From: Polyangia bacterium
GTDB taxonomy: Bacteria; Myxococcota_A; Polyangia; JAAYKL01
Assembly: GCA_050287845.1 (NCBI GenBank)
Contig: JBNKCR010000035.1
Coordinates: forward strand, 1 to 26,162
Direction: 5' to 3'
Length of the DNA: 26,162 nt
Below, in pieces: positions 24,159 through 26,162 of the stretch. Made by a program: the position numbers and the translations under genes. Position 1 is the stretch's first letter, and each line of letters begins with the position of its first letter. Under the pieces are notes generated by a model. That model was given only the letters and a program-made list of their open reading frames with translations, did not search any database and was not told where the DNA came from.

Positions 24159-26003
24159 ATGAAATGCAACAACATCACAGTATTCGTTCTCTTTTCCGTA
24201 TTATTCTCCTCCGGCTGCATCATGCCGCCACGGGGGGTGGAAACCCCGCCCATTCCCTCTCTGGAAGAGGTCGCTGCCCACAAAGTCCGCGTGAATCAGG
24301 TGGGTTATTTCCCGCATCAGAAAAAATTCGCGGTGTACGAAAGTGACGCCACTGCGCCATTGACATGGACCCTGCGCGACCATGCGAACAAAAATGTTGC
24401 CAGCGGACAGACCCTGCCGTTGGGACGGGATGCCGATTCTGGCGACCCTGTGCATCTGATTGATTTCTCCCATTTCACAGACTCCGGAAACGGATTTGTG
24501 CTGGAAGTGCAACAGGAAAAAAGCGTGCCATTCAATATTCGGGTCGACATTTACACCCCCCTTCGACGGGACGCAGCGCGCTACTTTTATATGAATCGCA
24601 GTGGTATCGGATTGGAGATGCCATATGTTGAAAACAAAAAAGCAGAGCGGGGGCCAGGGCATCTGAGCGACCGGGCGGTCACCTGTGAGCGCGGCCAGAA
24701 ATGCAACTATCGAAAAGATGTATCCGGAGGCTGGTACGATGCGGGAGACTACGGCAAATATGTGGTGAATGGCGGCTTCAGCGTGTGGATGCTCATGCAT
24801 ATCTACGAAACGCTGTATATGACAGGTAGCCCCAGCCCCGATACACAGCCCGCGAACCTGAATATCCCTGAAAGCGGCAACGATGTGCCCGACATCCTGG
24901 ACGAAGCCCGTTGGGAAATGGCGTGGATGCTGAAAATGCAGGTGAATGACCCCGAGGCGGAGATGGATGGGATGGTCCATCACCGGGTGCGCAACGCGCA
25001 GTTTACGGCCCTTGGTCATCCACCGCCCAGAACCAACTCCGATCCTCCCAGGTATTTGCGGGATGTGTCCACCGGTGCATCGCTGAATCTCGCCGCAGCC
25101 GGTGCGCTCTGCGCCCGGGTGTTCAGACCGTTCGATGCCGATTTTGCCGACCGGTGTCTGGAAGCTGCCGAAAAGGCATTCTCCGCCGCGCGGATGTGGC
25201 CCAACGAACAGGCCGTGGGCACGGGATTCGTGCCATATCAGGATTCGGAATTCAACGATGATTTTTACTGGGCGGCAGCAGAGCTCTGGGTCAGCACCGG
25301 AAAGGAAATGTATCTCAATTTTGTGAATCGTTCCGAGTATCGAAAGCAGATGTTTCACAAGGCCGGCGGCAGTACATCGGCGTTCAACTGGGCCGACACC
25401 GCTGGTCTGGGCACTGTGGCCCTGGCCATGGCAAAGCGTGCGGATGTCGGAAACGTGATTGGGGAGACACAGGCGCAACTCATCGGTTTTGCAGCGATGA
25501 TTCTCGAACTGACAGAAAAACAGGGATACCGGTTTCCCCTGGAAAAAAGAACTTATCCGTGGGGGTCCAATTCCTTTGTGGTCAACAATGCCATTGTGCT
25601 GGCCCTCGCCCATCGCATCACCGGATATGACAAATATCTGGACGGCGCCATTGTGGCCATGGATTACATTCTGGGTAGAAACCCCAACGATTATTCGTAT
25701 GTCAGCGGATATGGCACCCGCGCCATGCAACATCCCCATCACCGTTTTTTTGCCCCCATGTACGACCACCGCCTGCCGTTCATTCCACCTGGCGCTCTGT
25801 CTGGCGGACCCAACACCAACCTGCAGGACTCCGTTTCCCGAAGTTATCGCGCGGGTTGCCCACCGGCAAAATGTTACGTGGACCACATTGAAGCATTCGC
25901 CACCAACGAGGTGGCCATTAACTGGAATGCTGCCCTGGTGTGGATTGCCGCCTACATCGACGACGCGGTAAAACGAAGAAACCGCCCCTCCGTTGTGGAA
26001 TAG
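24159..26003 (+). CDS. Glycoside hydrolase family 9 (endoglucanase-type) lipoprotein with an N-terminal Ig-like (CelD_N) domain
   Basis: Lipobox LFSSG-C; VRVNQVGY (Ig-like); GGWYDAGDYGKYVVNG (catalytic Asps); PESGNDVPDILDEARWE; WGSN; DYILGRNP..YSYVSGYG; PHHR; catalytic Glu in TNEVAINWNA. Confidence 0.93.
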   Translation: MKCNNITVFVLFSVLFSSGCIMPPRGVETPPIPSLEEVAAHKVRVNQVGYFPHQKKFAVYESDATAPLTWTLRDHANKNVASGQTLPLGRDADSGDPVHLIDFSHFTDSGNGFVLEVQQEKSVPFNIRVDIYTPLRRDAARYFYMNRSGIGLEMPYVENKKAERGPGHLSDRAVTCERGQKCNYRKDVSGGWYDAGDYGKYVVNGGFSVWMLMHIYETLYMTGSPSPDTQPANLNIPESGNDVPDILDEARWEMAWMLKMQVNDPEAEMDGMVHHRVRNAQFTALGHPPPRTNSDPPRYLRDVSTGASLNLAAAGALCARVFRPFDADFADRCLEAAEKAFSAARMWPNEQAVGTGFVPYQDSEFNDDFYWAAAELWVSTGKEMYLNFVNRSEYRKQMFHKAGGSTSAFNWADTAGLGTVALAMAKRADVGNVIGETQAQLIGFAAMILELTEKQGYRFPLEKRTYPWGSNSFVVNNAIVLALAHRITGYDKYLDGAIVAMDYILGRNPNDYSYVSGYGTRAMQHPHHRFFAPMYDHRLPFIPPGALSGGPNTNLQDSVSRSYRAGCPPAKCYVDHIEAFATNEVAINWNAALVWIAAYIDDAVKRRNRPSVVE

Positions 26004-26162
26004 TGCAACACCACATTCAACCTGAGCTATTCGAGGTGTTCTGAATCGTTGTGTTTAAGCGGTTTCTAAAAGCTGTGCAAAAAGAATTACCCCGGTATTT
26101 GTGCAGTAAAGCGACAATTTGAGGGAAAAGTGGTGAAGATACAGGAAAAATACCCCAGCTCA

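Noticed and set aside
24201..25886. 561-aa minus-strand ORF
   Set aside because: It is an antisense shadow of the GH9 gene.

Overview
A 26 kb bacterial chromosomal window of roughly mid-50s %GC (estimated by eye). Gene style suggests a deltaproteobacterial/Myxococcota-like organism (PurS-fused PurL with separate PurQ, a stand-alone PurH N-domain, Asp/Thr-rich lipoproteins, a GC-type C-terminal sorting motif, CX4CH heme motifs); this is inference. The housekeeping backbone is a long minus-strand run (purH N-domain only, purD, purE, tsaC-like, hypothetical, Cys-rich lipoprotein, sbcD, sbcC, DUF3859-like) plus tRNA-Leu(UAA), an Xis/MerR-type HTH fused to a pseudo-receiver, a patatin, a PC4/YdbC protein and purL-purQ. 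Several secreted or lipo-proteins are interspersed: a choice-of-anchor-I protein, several acidic Asp/Thr/Ser-stalk proteins and a GH9 glucanase. The most striking element is a lipoprotein (23212-24030) with (DS)28 and (DT)19 stalks ending in three c-type heme motifs (one CXXCH, two CX4CH), directly upstream of a lipid-anchored GH9. Other points of interest: a PurH cyclohydrolase-only protein with substituted conserved lysines; a tRNA-Leu(UAA) next to a BldC/Xis-like regulator with two early TTA codons; a TonB-like SxxxH protein with an unrecognised C-domain; palindromic operator-like sites; and a probable transposase tail at the left edge. No CRISPR array, integrase or rRNA was seen. All family calls come from motif recognition by eye, not database searches.
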